DNA of 64,000 bases from an uncultured Chloroflexia bacterium (GTDB lineage Bacteria > Chloroflexota > Limnocylindria > Limnocylindrales > CSP1-4). Below the pieces are notes generated by a model. The model was given only the letters and a program-made list of their open reading frames with translations. It was not told where the DNA came from and searched no databases. Shown here piece after piece: positions 37,352-48,316 of the stretch. The stretch is taken from NCBI GenBank assembly GCA_963697415.1, contig CAVONW010000003.1:2427821-2491820 (forward strand), in the 5' to 3' direction. Position 1 is the first letter of the stretch, and every line of letters starts with the position of its first letter. A program made the translations under genes and the position numbers.

Positions 37352-38761
37352 GTGCCGCTGGTTGATGACGGCCGTCGCGCGCGGCGCCCCCCGCGCGTCC
37401 CTACCCCCGTGAGCCAGGTCCGCCGGTTGCTGGAACGATACGTGCCCCCGGGCGCGCTGCTCCTGGCGACCCTCACCTTCGCGGCCTACGCGATGGGGCT
37501 CGTCCGGGATCGCGTCTTCGCCCGGACCTTCGGCGCGGGACCTGAGCTCGACGCGTACAACGCGGCCTTCGTCCTGCCCGAGCTGCTGCTCGATGTCCTC
37601 GTCGCGAGCGGCCTGACGGCGCCCTTCATCCCGGTCTACGCCCGGCTCGCCCGCGACGACCGGGCGGCGGCCGACGACTTCGGGCGGACCGTCCTGACCG
37701 TGGCGGTCGGGGTGATGGCCGCCGGCTCGGCGGTCCTCTACGTGATCGCGCCGTGGACGACAGCCCAGATCGCGCCCGGCTTCTCGGGCGCCCAGGCGGA
37801 GCAATACGTCGAGCTCTTCCGGTTGATGTGCGTGACCCCCGTGATCTTCGCCGCCTCGATCACGCTCGGCGAGCTTCTCGTCGCCCACCGACGGTTCCTC
37901 TGGTACGCCCTGGCCCCGATCCTCTACAACGCGGGGATCGTGGGCGGGACGATCCTCCTGGCCGATCGGATCGGGATTCACGCGGCGGCCGTCGGGGCGG
38001 TCGCCGGGGCGCTGCTCCATCTCGGGATCCGGGTCGTGGGCATCGCCCGGACGGATGTTCGAATCCGGCCGCGCCTCGCCGTCCGGACCGCCGCCTTCCG
38101 GGAGTTCATCCGGCTCATGCTTCCGAAGATGGCGGCCCACCCGGTGGAGCCGATCATCTTCCTGTTCTTCACCCAGCTCGCGACGACGCTCGGAGATGGC
38201 GCGGTCAGCTCGGTGAGCTTCGCCCGGAACTTCCAGAGCGTCCCGGTGAGCCTGGTCGGGGTCGCCTTCTCGCTCGCCGTCTTCCCGACCCTGTCGGCCG
38301 CGGCGGCGGTCGGCGACCGGGTGACGTTCAGCCGCGTGCTCCGGAACAACCTCGTCACGATCAGCGGGCTCACGATCGTCGCGGCGATCGGGCTCGTCCT
38401 CGTCGGCGGCCTCGCGATCGAGACGCTGCTCGGGGGCGGGGCCTTCGATGCCGAGGATGTCGCGCGAACGTCGGCGATCCTGGCGGTCTTCGCGATCTCG
38501 GTGCCCTTCGATGCCCTCGCCCATCCGCTCGCCCGGGCCTGCTACGCCACCCGGAACACGCTCTGGCCGGTTGCCGGCTCGCTCCTGTCGCTCGGCGTCA
38601 TCGTCATCGCGACGTCGTCGCTCGTGCCGTCGCTCGGGCTCCTCGCCATCCCGGCCGGCTTCGCCCTGGGCGCGGCGGCGAAGGTGGCGCTTATCGCGGT
38701 CGCAATCGTGCCCCGGATTCGTGGGCTGCGGCCGGCCACGCCGGAGCCCACGAACACCTAG
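37352..38761 (+). CDS. murJ: lipid II flippase MurJ
   Basis: 14-TM MOP-family protein (...AYAMGLVRDRVFARTFGAG...). The true start is probably a few codons after 37352. Confidence 0.9.
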   Translation: MPLVDDGRRARRPPRVPTPVSQVRRLLERYVPPGALLLATLTFAAYAMGLVRDRVFARTFGAGPELDAYNAAFVLPELLLDVLVASGLTAPFIPVYARLARDDRAAADDFGRTVLTVAVGVMAAGSAVLYVIAPWTTAQIAPGFSGAQAEQYVELFRLMCVTPVIFAASITLGELLVAHRRFLWYALAPILYNAGIVGGTILLADRIGIHAAAVGAVAGALLHLGIRVVGIARTDVRIRPRLAVRTAAFREFIRLMLPKMAAHPVEPIIFLFFTQLATTLGDGAVSSVSFARNFQSVPVSLVGVAFSLAVFPTLSAAAAVGDRVTFSRVLRNNLVTISGLTIVAAIGLVLVGGLAIETLLGGGAFDAEDVARTSAILAVFAISVPFDALAHPLARACYATRNTLWPVAGSLLSLGVIVIATSSLVPSLGLLAIPAGFALGAAAKVALIAVAIVPRIRGLRPATPEPTNT

Positions 38762-38768
38762 GCCTGGC

Positions 38769-39743
38769 CTACGGGCTTGGGGCGAACTGCAGGCTGGGGA
38801 TCAGCACAAGAAACCGCCCGTCCCGCTCCGGGTACTTCCCCTCCGGCCGCTTCCACGGGAGAAAGTTGCGGACCATCTCCGCGTCGTCCTGGAACGTGCC
38901 CGGCGGGTCTGACGGGCCCCAGATGCTCGAGACGCGCGGGTACCACGCGTCGAGGACATAGGCGCCGCTCACGGTCGCGTCGGGGAAGAGGCGCGGATCC
39001 GCGTCCGCCCGGTAGCCGCTCATCACCCAGGCGTGTGCGCCCCGCCAGGCGAGCAGGACGGCCGGTGATCCCGTTTCGCTGATCGCCACGGCAGCGTCCC
39101 GGAGGGCATCGGCGCGTGCCTCATAGGCCCGGATCTCGTAGCCCTGCACCCCGTAGGCGACGAGCGCCTCAACCATCGCCGATGGCCCCCAGCCGCCGTT
39201 GTGACTGTCCTCCCACGTCTCCCACTCATCGATTCGCGAGACCAACTCGCGCTGGAACGCCTCGGAGGGATCGCCGCGCCCGAAGATGGTCAGGACCATC
39301 TGCACGGTGGCCGGCGCGCACGAGTCCTTGGCGACCTGCGAGGCGAACACCGCCTCGGCGTCCGGCACCGTGTCGACATCGACGGCGACCCGGGCCGGGG
39401 TGGGCCTCGGTGTGTCGGTCGGGGCCGTGGTTGGAGCCGCGTCCTCGTCGGAGGGGAGCAGCGACGACGACGGCGCTGGCGTCGCCGGCAGCGTCGGCCG
39501 GGGCGTGACTACCACGGTCGGGACCGACGGCCGGTCCGGGGGCGGGTCGATCGCGAGTTCGATGCGCTGGACGAGGTTCTCGAAGCGTATCCCAACCCCA
39601 AGGGCGTCGGTCCAGATCGCCGTCGCGCCGACGACACCCAGCGCGAGGGCCAGCACGGCGGCGCGGAGCGGCATCCGGCGCCGACGCGGCTGACGGGCCG
39701 GCATCCATGGCTGCGGAGATCGCGAGTGGGGTGTTCCGGGCAT
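38769..39743 (-). CDS. membrane-anchored secreted protein with C-terminal C39-like (papain-fold) peptidase domain
   Basis: N-terminal TM, Pro-rich linker, then QVAKDSCAPATVQMVL (Cys), GAHAWVMSGY (His), YVLDAW (Asp). Confidence 0.55.
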   Translation of the reverse strand: MPGTPHSRSPQPWMPARQPRRRRMPLRAAVLALALGVVGATAIWTDALGVGIRFENLVQRIELAIDPPPDRPSVPTVVVTPRPTLPATPAPSSSLLPSDEDAAPTTAPTDTPRPTPARVAVDVDTVPDAEAVFASQVAKDSCAPATVQMVLTIFGRGDPSEAFQRELVSRIDEWETWEDSHNGGWGPSAMVEALVAYGVQGYEIRAYEARADALRDAAVAISETGSPAVLLAWRGAHAWVMSGYRADADPRLFPDATVSGAYVLDAWYPRVSSIWGPSDPPGTFQDDAEMVRNFLPWKRPEGKYPERDGRFLVLIPSLQFAPSP

Positions 39744-39912
39744 GGTCCGTTTCTGGACGTGCGAGCGTCACATGATGCGACGGCGAGCGAAATCCTGGAT
39801 CAGGGCGAACACGACACCGACGTCGCCCTGGCAGGCCGGCCCCGAATGCACGGAGCGCCGTCGCGTGCGACCATCGATCCTGTTCCGTCAGAACTCGCCT
39901 GGAGACCGCCGC

Positions 39913-41085
39913 GTGACCCGTTTCGAGCCGAACCTCCGGATCCCCGGCCCCACGGCCCTCCCGCCGAGCGTGCGCGAGGCCGGCGGGCGCCAGATGATCA
40001 ACCACCGCAGTCCGGAGTTCGCGGCCATGCTCAACCGGATCCAGGTCGGCATGAAGCCGTACTTCGGGACCGAGAGCGACATCGGGATCGTGTCCAGCGC
40101 GGGTAGCGGCGGGCTCGAGGCGGCCGTGGTCAACGTCCTGTCGCCGGGCGACCGCGTCCTGGCCGTCTCGATCGGCGCCTTCGGCGACCGGTTCGCGAGT
40201 GTCGCCCAGACCTTCGGGGCCAGCGTGGACCGCGTCAACGCGGAGTGGGGCTGGGCGGCCGATCCGGACGAGCTCCGCGAGCGCCTCCCGTCGGCCGACT
40301 ACCGGGCGGTGCTCCTTACCCACAACGAGACCTCGACCGGCGTCATGAACCCGATTCCGGCCCTTGCCGCGGCGATTCGGGCTACTTCTCCCGACGCGCT
40401 CATCCTGGTGGACAGCGTGTCGGCGCTCGGTGCCGTGCCCTTCCAGATGGACGACTGGGGCTGCGACATCGTCGTGACCGGCTCCCAGAAAGCCTGGATG
40501 GCAGCGCCCGGGTTGGCCATGATCGCGGCCTCAGAACGGGCCTGGGCCGCGATGGAGACGGCCCGGATGCCGCGCTTCTATTTCGATCTCCGGAAGCATC
40601 GCGAGAGTGCCCGCACCGGCCAGACGCCGTGGACGCCGGCGATCGCCGTGATCTACCAGGTGGACGAGGGAATCCGGCTCATGGCCGCCGAGGGAGCCGA
40701 GGCCATCTTTGCGCGGCACGAGGCCTGCGCGGCAGCGACCCAGGCCGGCCTCGAGGCGCTCGGTTTCCAGCTGTTCGCAGATCCGGCCAACCGCTCGAAG
40801 ACCGTCACGGCGGCTTTGATCCCGGACGGTCTCGACTGGAAGGCATTCAACGCCGAAATCACGCGTCGCGGCGTTGTTCTGGCCGGTGGCCAGGGCAAGC
40901 TGGCAGGCAAGGTGTTCCGAGTGGGCCACCTCGGCTCGGTCATCGTCGACGAGATCCTCGGGGCGATCGCGACCATGGAGGCGGCCTCGGTCGCGCTGGG
41001 CCGGCCGGTCGAGATCGGTGCCGGCGTGGCGGCAGCACAGCGCGCCGCACTCGGCGCGGGAGCCCGGGGCACCGCTCCCGGATGA
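39913..41085 (+). CDS. class-V aminotransferase (AGXT/phosphoserine aminotransferase family), translationally coupled to serA
   Basis: ...IPGPTALPPSV...HRSPEF... N-terminus and the PLP-lysine region ...TGSQKAWMAAPG. GTG 39913 with GGAGA upstream. TGA overlaps the serA ATG. Confidence 0.85.
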   Translation: MTRFEPNLRIPGPTALPPSVREAGGRQMINHRSPEFAAMLNRIQVGMKPYFGTESDIGIVSSAGSGGLEAAVVNVLSPGDRVLAVSIGAFGDRFASVAQTFGASVDRVNAEWGWAADPDELRERLPSADYRAVLLTHNETSTGVMNPIPALAAAIRATSPDALILVDSVSALGAVPFQMDDWGCDIVVTGSQKAWMAAPGLAMIAASERAWAAMETARMPRFYFDLRKHRESARTGQTPWTPAIAVIYQVDEGIRLMAAEGAEAIFARHEACAAATQAGLEALGFQLFADPANRSKTVTAALIPDGLDWKAFNAEITRRGVVLAGGQGKLAGKVFRVGHLGSVIVDEILGAIATMEAASVALGRPVEIGAGVAAAQRAALGAGARGTAPG

Positions 41086-42665
41086 GGATTCTCGTCGCCG
41101 AGCCGATCGCATCGGCAGGGATCGACCGCCTCCGGGCCATCCACGAGGTGGACGAGCGGATCGGGCTGGACCCCGCGGGGCTCCGCGCGATCATCGCTGA
41201 CTATGACGCGCTCATCGTACGAAGCCAGGTCCAGGCCGACGCCGCCCTGATCACGGCGGGAACGCGCCTCCAGGTCATCGGGCGGGCCGGGGTCGGCGTG
41301 GACAACGTGGACCTTGATGCGGCGACTCGGGCTGGGATCACGGTCGTCAATGCCCCGACCGGCAACACGATCGCGGCCGCCGAGCACACCATGGCACTGC
41401 TCCTGGGCCTTGCCCGTCGGGTGGCCGCGGCCGATGCCTCGGTCCGGCGCGGCGAGTGGAAGCGCTCGCAATTCCAGGGCGTGGAGCTGCGCGGACGCAC
41501 GCTCGGGATCATCGGTCTCGGCAAGATCGGGATGGCGATCGCGGACCGGGCGCGCGGGTTCGAGATGACGCTCCTGGGCATGGATCCGTACGTGACGCCG
41601 GAACAGGCGACGCTCCACGGCGTGGAGCTCGTGGACCTGGACACGCTCCTGCGCCGCTCCGACGCGATCACGGTCCACGTTCCGCTGACCCGCGCGACCC
41701 GAGGGCTGATCGGGACGGAGGCGATCACCAAGCTTCGGCCGGGTGCGTTCGTCCTCAACGTGGCCCGCGGCGGCATCGTCGACGAGGCGGCCGTGGCCCG
41801 GGCGCTTCACGAGGGACACCTCGGCGGGGCCGGTATCGACGTCTTCGAAGTCGAGCCACCGGCCGGATCCCCCCTCCTCGATGCGCCGGGCATGCTCCTG
41901 ACACCGCACCTCGGGGCTTCCACGGCCGAGGCGCAGGTCGCCGTCGCCAAGGAGATCGCCGACCAGGTGCTCGACGTCCTCGCCGGGCGCGGGGCGCGCT
42001 ATGCCGTCAACGCGCCCCTCCTGCCACCCGAGGCGGCCACGGCCATCGCGCCGTATCTCCCGCTGGCCGAGATCCTCGGGCGGTTCTTCATCCAGTTCGC
42101 CGGTGCGGGTGTTCGGACGCTCACCCTCGACGTCGCCGGGGAGCCGGCCGAATACGAGACCGCACCGATCACCGCCGCCCTGCTGCGGGGTCTCCTCGAG
42201 CGGGTGACGACGGAGCGGGTCAACCTGGTGAATGCCTCCCTCCTGGCCAAGGCGCGCGGCATCACCGTCATCGAGCGCAAGAGCCCTGACGCCGGCTCCT
42301 TCAGTGCGCTGGTCAAGGTCTCCGGCGTGGTCGACGGCCGGACGCTCGCCGTCGGCGGAACCGTGGCCAACGGCGAGCCACGCATCGTCCTGCTCAACGA
42401 CTACCGGCTGGATATGGCGCCGGCGGACGTGATGCTCATCACGCATCACCAAGACCGGCCCGGGATGATCGGCCGCATCGGCGGCCTGCTCGGGGCCGCG
42501 GATGTGAACATCTCGGCCATGCACCTCGCCCGGTCGGCCCCACGCGCCGACGCGCTGATGATCCTGGGTCTCGACGATGACGTGCCCGAGGCGGTCGCGG
42601 CGTCGATCCGGGACAACGAGGCGGTCATCGACCTGTGGACGATTCGTCTCGGGAGCGACCACTGA
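41082..42665 (+). CDS. serA: D-3-phosphoglycerate dehydrogenase with C-terminal ASB/ACT domains
   Basis: GIIGLGKIGMAIA NAD motif and a 528-aa long form with ACT domain. Confidence 0.9.
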   Translation: MRILVAEPIASAGIDRLRAIHEVDERIGLDPAGLRAIIADYDALIVRSQVQADAALITAGTRLQVIGRAGVGVDNVDLDAATRAGITVVNAPTGNTIAAAEHTMALLLGLARRVAAADASVRRGEWKRSQFQGVELRGRTLGIIGLGKIGMAIADRARGFEMTLLGMDPYVTPEQATLHGVELVDLDTLLRRSDAITVHVPLTRATRGLIGTEAITKLRPGAFVLNVARGGIVDEAAVARALHEGHLGGAGIDVFEVEPPAGSPLLDAPGMLLTPHLGASTAEAQVAVAKEIADQVLDVLAGRGARYAVNAPLLPPEAATAIAPYLPLAEILGRFFIQFAGAGVRTLTLDVAGEPAEYETAPITAALLRGLLERVTTERVNLVNASLLAKARGITVIERKSPDAGSFSALVKVSGVVDGRTLAVGGTVANGEPRIVLLNDYRLDMAPADVMLITHHQDRPGMIGRIGGLLGAADVNISAMHLARSAPRADALMILGLDDDVPEAVAASIRDNEAVIDLWTIRLGSDH

Positions 42666-43501
42666 CCGGCGGCGGCGCCGGCGGCGCGGACCCCATCGTT
42701 CCGGACGGACTGGACGCGACCCTGGTCCTGCTCCGGCACGGGGAATCGGCCTGGGTCGCCGAGGGTCGCTTCCAGGGTCAGGGAGACCCCGAACTGTCAC
42801 CGGACGGTGAACGACAGGCCGCGCTGGCCGCCGTGCGACTGGCTCGTCCCCGGCTCGTGCCGGCCCTGCCGATCCCGGCCGGCCCGCCGCTTGAGATCCG
42901 CCACTCCCCGCTCCTGCGGACCGCCGCCACCGCCGCGGCCGTTGCCGCCGCGATGGCCTCGCCCGAAGCGATGGGCACCGGGATTCCGCTGATCGCCGAC
43001 GGCGGACTCATGGAGATCGGCCAGGGCGAGTGGGAAGGCCTCCTCAGCCGCGAGATCGAGACCCGCTGGGCCGACGTGTTGGCCGCCTGGCGGCAGGACC
43101 CCCTGACGACCTGGGCGCCGGGCGGCGAGTCCCTGCCCGACGTGGACCGCCGGGTCCGTGCGTCGCTCATCGATGTTCTCGCCCATCTGGGCGCCGGGGC
43201 CGGCGGGACGAGCACCCACGGCTCACAGGTGCTCGGTTACGGGGCGGCCCCATCCGAGGAGCCGTGGACGCTGCTCGTCGGTCACGACGGAGTGTTCAAG
43301 ATCACGCTGCTCGCGCTGCTCGATCTGCCGTTGGCGAAGTTCTGGCACTTCCCGTTCGCGCTGTGCGGGATCAGCGTCGTCGAGATCCGCGCCGGGCGCG
43401 CGCGGTTGCGGGCGCACAACCTGACCGAGCATCTGGCCCCACTGGAGACGGAGCAGCGCCGCGCGCTCGACGTCGCACGGAGCCGATCCGGCGCGCTCTG
43501 A
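42635..43501 (+). CDS. histidine phosphatase (phosphoglycerate mutase-like) family protein
   Basis: LVLLRHGESAW catalytic RHG motif. The start is probably downstream of 42635 (this ORF overlaps the serA end). Confidence 0.7.
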   Translation: MDDSSRERPLTGGGAGGADPIVPDGLDATLVLLRHGESAWVAEGRFQGQGDPELSPDGERQAALAAVRLARPRLVPALPIPAGPPLEIRHSPLLRTAATAAAVAAAMASPEAMGTGIPLIADGGLMEIGQGEWEGLLSREIETRWADVLAAWRQDPLTTWAPGGESLPDVDRRVRASLIDVLAHLGAGAGGTSTHGSQVLGYGAAPSEEPWTLLVGHDGVFKITLLALLDLPLAKFWHFPFALCGISVVEIRAGRARLRAHNLTEHLAPLETEQRRALDVARSRSGAL

Positions 43502-43533
43502 GCTGCTGCTGGGCCGAGAGACCGGCTGGCAGG

Positions 43534-45903
43534 CTAGCGTCGCTTCCCGACGCGGCGGCTGCGGGGGCGGAACGGGTTCCGGAGCGCCAGCTTCAGCAGG
43601 CCGATCCGCACGCGCCGGTGGGCCTCAGCCACGATACGAAGCCGGTCGGGCCCCAGTTCCCGGCGCCCGTACGCAATCTCGACCTTGGCATGCGCGACCG
43701 TCGACAGCGCCGGCCTGACGGCCGGCATCGCATCCCCCAGGGTGCCCGCGAATTCGTAGATCGTCTGTGACGGCCGCGCCGCCAGCCCGAACCGGGCGGC
43801 CCAACGCGCCAGTGACCCCCAGGCGCGATCCGGGTGCATCGGCCGCGGTCCACGCCGCCAGGCGATGGACGCGAGCGCAGCGGCACCGATCGCCATCAGG
43901 ACGGCAACCACGATGAACGGCCCACTCGACGTGCCGCCGGTCGTTCCGCCGCCAGGTACGCCGGGGCCGGCAGTCCGACGGCCCGGACCTTCGTCGCCGT
44001 CGCCGGGCCGGCTTGTGACCAGATTGAACGAGGGGCGTGGCGTCGGCGACTCGGGTGGTCCGGACGGCAGCGCGACCGGCTCGCCGACACCGCCGCCCGT
44101 CGGATCAAAGTCGACCCAGCCATAGCCGGGGAAGTAGACCTCCACCCAGGCATGTGCGCCGGCGTTCGTGACGGTCTCTTTCCCATCCGGCGTGCGGTCG
44201 CCGGGCAGGAAGCCCTGGGCCAGGCGCGTTGGAACGCCGACCTCGCGCAGGAGGATCGCCATCGTGCTCGCGTAGTACTGGCAGTAGCCTGCCCGAATCC
44301 GTGCGAAGCACTCGACCGTGGACAGCCCGCCACACTCTGACTGGACCTGGTCCCGGACGTCCGGGTCATAGCGGAAACGAGAAGAGCTCAGGAGGTAGTT
44401 CTGGAGATTGAGCGCCAGGTCATAGGGGTTCTTGTCCGGCGTTGCAGCCAGCACATCGGCGAGGATCTGGCGCGACGCCGGCCCGAGCGCGCCGGCCGGC
44501 ACCTCCAGGTACAGGCGCTCCACTTCCGCCGGGTAGTCACGGCTGGCGGCGCGGAGCCGGTTCTGGGTGAGCCCGCCCGGCTCGGTCCCCAGGACCGGCA
44601 CCGCCGCACTGATCGTGTATTTCCCCGCCCCGTCGGATGTGACGGTCGCAAACCAGCCGGAGGATCCGGCGACCCGGACCTGGGAGGCGCGGTCCACCCA
44701 GCGGACCGTCTGGGGGCTCACGACGTAGCCAGTGGCCAGGGATTCGGGGATGATCTGGATGCGGATCTCGCGGCGGCCGTCTAGCAGCGCCGGGTCGTCC
44801 GCGAACGCCACGAGGAGATCGCCCCGCGCCTCCCGGTCGACGGCGGTCGTGGGACCCCAGCTCCATTCGGTCAGGGCGAACTTCGCATAGGCTCCAATCC
44901 GCCACTTGAACCGCTCGGTCTCGGAAGCCGGCAGTTCGGCGACGAACGCGACGCCGTCGTTCTGGGACCACGAGCCGAGGATCGCCGAGTGCTCTCCGAA
45001 CACCACGACACCAGGATTGCGGGACTCGCCACCGAGCGGCAAGTATCGCTGCAACCACTGGGACGCCTGGACGAGCGCGCCCGGCACGTCCTTCCAGAGC
45101 CCCTGGAGTGGCGCAGAACTCGCGGTGGCGGTGAGGAACAGGGAGCCGACGACGGCTGCGCCGATGAAGGCCGCTCCACCGCGCAGGTAGAGGCTGGTCA
45201 CGGCGGCTGGATCACCGATTCGCCGCCTGAGCCAGTCCGTCCGCTCATCGAATGCGTGGGACCGGGTCAGAAGGGCGAGTGCGGCGAGCGAGAAGAGAAT
45301 GACCAGCTGGAGCTGGTCATTCCTGGTGATCGACATGTTGCCGAGCAGGACGAGGCCCGTCACGATGACGGCGTCGAGCGTCCGCCGATGGCCGAACACG
45401 GCGTAGGCGGCGTACTGGCCGGCCGCCCACACGATCGCCCCGAGTGCGATGAAGTAGTGCCCGTACTCGGAGGTCAGCGGTAGGCCGCGGATCGCGAGGT
45501 CCAGCCAGACGCGCGTGATCACCCCGGCCGCCTCGCGGTAGCGCGCCGCCAGTGCCGCCGGCCCGAGCCCGGTCACGGCATCGCCGAGCACGATCCCGCC
45601 CGCCACGATCGGGAGGATGAACGCGGCGAAGGCCACGCCGAGAAGGTGCGTCGTCCAGCGTCCCCAACCGAGCTTCGGACCGACGAAGCCCACGGCGACT
45701 CCGGCGAAGCCAACCTGCGGCAGAAAGTCGGTCAGTGAGTCGATCCCCCTGACCCACTTGGCGTCATCGATGGACCAGGCCAGCGCCAGGATCATCAAGG
45801 CCACCCCGGCCAGCGTCGTCCAACCCTCGACCGGGCCGGCGATCAGGCGACGCAGCCGACCCAGATCCGGGTCCCAGGCACGGACGCTCACGGCGGCGCT
45901 CAT
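43534..45903 (-). CDS. transglutaminase-like membrane protein (TgpA-type: DUF3488 + transglutaminase core + DUF4129)
   Basis: Cys-His-Asp core: ...ECFARIRAGYCQYYA...AHAWVEVYFPGYGWVDFDPT. Confidence 0.85.
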   Translation of the reverse strand: MSAAVSVRAWDPDLGRLRRLIAGPVEGWTTLAGVALMILALAWSIDDAKWVRGIDSLTDFLPQVGFAGVAVGFVGPKLGWGRWTTHLLGVAFAAFILPIVAGGIVLGDAVTGLGPAALAARYREAAGVITRVWLDLAIRGLPLTSEYGHYFIALGAIVWAAGQYAAYAVFGHRRTLDAVIVTGLVLLGNMSITRNDQLQLVILFSLAALALLTRSHAFDERTDWLRRRIGDPAAVTSLYLRGGAAFIGAAVVGSLFLTATASSAPLQGLWKDVPGALVQASQWLQRYLPLGGESRNPGVVVFGEHSAILGSWSQNDGVAFVAELPASETERFKWRIGAYAKFALTEWSWGPTTAVDREARGDLLVAFADDPALLDGRREIRIQIIPESLATGYVVSPQTVRWVDRASQVRVAGSSGWFATVTSDGAGKYTISAAVPVLGTEPGGLTQNRLRAASRDYPAEVERLYLEVPAGALGPASRQILADVLAATPDKNPYDLALNLQNYLLSSSRFRYDPDVRDQVQSECGGLSTVECFARIRAGYCQYYASTMAILLREVGVPTRLAQGFLPGDRTPDGKETVTNAGAHAWVEVYFPGYGWVDFDPTGGGVGEPVALPSGPPESPTPRPSFNLVTSRPGDGDEGPGRRTAGPGVPGGGTTGGTSSGPFIVVAVLMAIGAAALASIAWRRGPRPMHPDRAWGSLARWAARFGLAARPSQTIYEFAGTLGDAMPAVRPALSTVAHAKVEIAYGRRELGPDRLRIVAEAHRRVRIGLLKLALRNPFRPRSRRVGKRR

Positions 45904-47159
45904 CGGACCAGGAGCTCCCCGAGGAGACGTGCCGGCGCAAGCGGATGAATGGGAACGTCGAACTCGGACAGCGCATGGCTCAGGGCCCGCGTCCGCTGCT
46001 CGAGAACGCCGTCGGTCCCCGCGTCCTCGACGGCCGGCGGGAGGCCGCGGGCACGAAGCTCCTCGTCCTGGGCGAAGCGCCGGAAGGCCCCGATATCAAA
46101 GGTGACCGCCACGCACGCGACGCCGCGCGAGCGCAGAGCGCCCAGCGGCCGCACCCAGCTGGTGTCCGTCGACGGCGTGATGACGACCGCGGTCATCCCG
46201 CGCCGGATCCGCGGCACCGTCGCGACCAGGGACTCTTCGAGCGACATGGCGCCGTCCCCATCAACCGCGGCCAGGAGCTGCATGATCTTCAGGTGCTGCC
46301 GCGCGCCGCGGTCCGGCGGCAGCTGGGCAAGGCGATGCGCATTCACGGTCAGGCCCACGGCGCGGTTCTCGCGGATTGCCTTGTCGGCGATCGATGCCGC
46401 GGCGCGAACCGCGACCTCGACCGTCGACTCGTCTCCGCGCCCCGCCTGTACCCCACGATCCAGGTCCAGGACGATCCAGGCGTCGGCCGTCTGTTCCAGG
46501 TCGAACTCCTTCACCTGGATCTCGCCGTGCCGGGCGGTCGACTTCCAGTGGATCCGGTTGAAGGCGTCACCAGGAGCCCACGGTCGAACCGTGGTGGCGA
46601 GCGGCGTGGCCTGGAGCGTCCGCTCCGGTGTCGCGTGGCTGCCGTCAACGTTGGCTGCGGGCAGCTTCCAGAGCGGAAGCGCATCGATTCGCGGGTAGAC
46701 GACCGCCGTCACGCCGGTTCCCACAGCGGCCGACGATTCGAAGAACCCGAACGGGTCACCGGTCCGGATCTGGAGTGGCTCGATCCGGAACTGGCCACGC
46801 CGGGTGAGCGGCGTCCGGACCAGCCACGAGCGCTCGGTTCGCGCCCCGAGCGAGAGCGCCCGGCCGGGCAGCCCGGCCGGAAGTGACGTCGGGTTGTAGA
46901 TCTCGAGCCACGGCTTCGGCACGCGACTCGTGTTCCGGATCGTGTATGTGACCCGAAGCCGGTCCCCGACATGTCCGGACAGCTGGTTGACCGCGTACCC
47001 GGCCTCGAGATCGGACAGTCCGAGACGGGTCAGGACATACGAGCCGCCGACCACGAAGATCGACAGGTAGACCAGGTAGAACAGGAACGGCAGCCCGGTC
47101 GAGAATGCCGCGATCACGAGGATCCCGCCGATCAGGAGGAGTTGCAGTCTGCGGAGCAT
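45900..47159 (-). CDS. DUF58 domain protein (vWA-like), MoxR partner
   Basis: ...FNRIHWKSTARHGEIQVKEFD... DUF58 signature; 4-nt overlaps on both sides. Confidence 0.85.
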   Translation of the reverse strand: MLRRLQLLLIGGILVIAAFSTGLPFLFYLVYLSIFVVGGSYVLTRLGLSDLEAGYAVNQLSGHVGDRLRVTYTIRNTSRVPKPWLEIYNPTSLPAGLPGRALSLGARTERSWLVRTPLTRRGQFRIEPLQIRTGDPFGFFESSAAVGTGVTAVVYPRIDALPLWKLPAANVDGSHATPERTLQATPLATTVRPWAPGDAFNRIHWKSTARHGEIQVKEFDLEQTADAWIVLDLDRGVQAGRGDESTVEVAVRAAASIADKAIRENRAVGLTVNAHRLAQLPPDRGARQHLKIMQLLAAVDGDGAMSLEESLVATVPRIRRGMTAVVITPSTDTSWVRPLGALRSRGVACVAVTFDIGAFRRFAQDEELRARGLPPAVEDAGTDGVLEQRTRALSHALSEFDVPIHPLAPARLLGELLVR

Positions 47160-47189
47160 GCTGACCTCGCGCGCCTGGCCGGTGTCCGA

Positions 47190-48200
47190 TCAGGCCTCGG
47201 CGACGTGTGCCCGCGCGGCGACATCTCGGGGTCCCCCGTGTCCCCCGCCCGAACCGGTTGGTGTGATTCCCTCGATCGGGGTCGTCTCGAGCAGCTCCGC
47301 GACAACCTGGCTGGACTGGATGTCGTGGATGGAGGAACTCGTCTTGATGATGAGCCGGTGCGCGAGCGCGGGCTCGGCAAGCGCCTTCACGTCATCCGGC
47401 AGCACGTAATCGCGACCCAGCAGGCCGGCCAGGGCCTGGCCCGCGCGATACAGGGCGATCGAGCCACGGGGCGACGCGCCGAGGTACACGTCCGGATGCG
47501 TCCGCGTCGCTCCGACGAGGCGCACGATGTAGTCGGCAACCGACGGATCCACGTAGACCTCGCGGACCGCGGCCTGCATCGCCCGAAGCTCGTCGACCGA
47601 GCAGACCTCCTCGAGCGCATCGACCGGGTGGCGGCGCTTCTGCTCATCGAGGATCAGGACCTCCTCGACGGGCTGCGGGTAGCCGAGCCGGATGCGGAGC
47701 ATGAACCGGTCCAGCTGCGCCTCGGGCAGCGCGAACGTGCCCTCGTACTCGATCGGGTTCTGGGTCGCGATGACGAGGAACGGGTCGGGCATCGGCCAGG
47801 TCGTCCCGTCCACCGTGGCCTGTCGCTCCTCCATGCACTCGAGGAGTGACGACTGGGTCTTGGGTGTTGCCCGGTTGATCTCGTCAACCAGGACCACCTG
47901 GCTCATGATCGGGCCCGGCCGGAACTCGAATTCCTGCGTCTTCTGGTTGTAGATCGAGAGACCGGTGACGTCGGATGGCAGCAGATCCGGCGTGAACTGG
48001 ATCCGGCGGAACGAGCAGCCGAGGCTCTTGGCGATGGCCTTGGCGAGGACCGTCTTGCCGGTGCCGGGGACATCCTCGATGAGAACGTGGCCGCGACACA
48101 TGAGCGCCACCAGCGCGAACCGCACCTCGCGGTGCTTGCCGACGATCACGCGTTCGACGTTGGCGAGGACCTTGTCGCCGGTCTCCTGGATCTTCGTCAT
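47190..48200 (-). CDS. MoxR-family AAA+ ATPase
   Basis: [12 protein letters not shown] Walker A and [18 protein letters not shown] Walker B/sensor. Confidence 0.9.
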   Translation of the reverse strand: MTKIQETGDKVLANVERVIVGKHREVRFALVALMCRGHVLIEDVPGTGKTVLAKAIAKSLGCSFRRIQFTPDLLPSDVTGLSIYNQKTQEFEFRPGPIMSQVVLVDEINRATPKTQSSLLECMEERQATVDGTTWPMPDPFLVIATQNPIEYEGTFALPEAQLDRFMLRIRLGYPQPVEEVLILDEQKRRHPVDALEEVCSVDELRAMQAAVREVYVDPSVADYIVRLVGATRTHPDVYLGASPRGSIALYRAGQALAGLLGRDYVLPDDVKALAEPALAHRLIIKTSSSIHDIQSSQVVAELLETTPIEGITPTGSGGGHGGPRDVAARAHVAEA

Positions 48201-48316
48201 CAGTCTCCTCGACTGGGGTGGGGCGCCCGCGGATCAGATGGGGCGAGAGGCGTCGGTGGATGGTACGCCCCGAACGCCGGAAAGGTTCCCCGTAGGTCGG
48301 ATCGGCGGCCTGGCGA

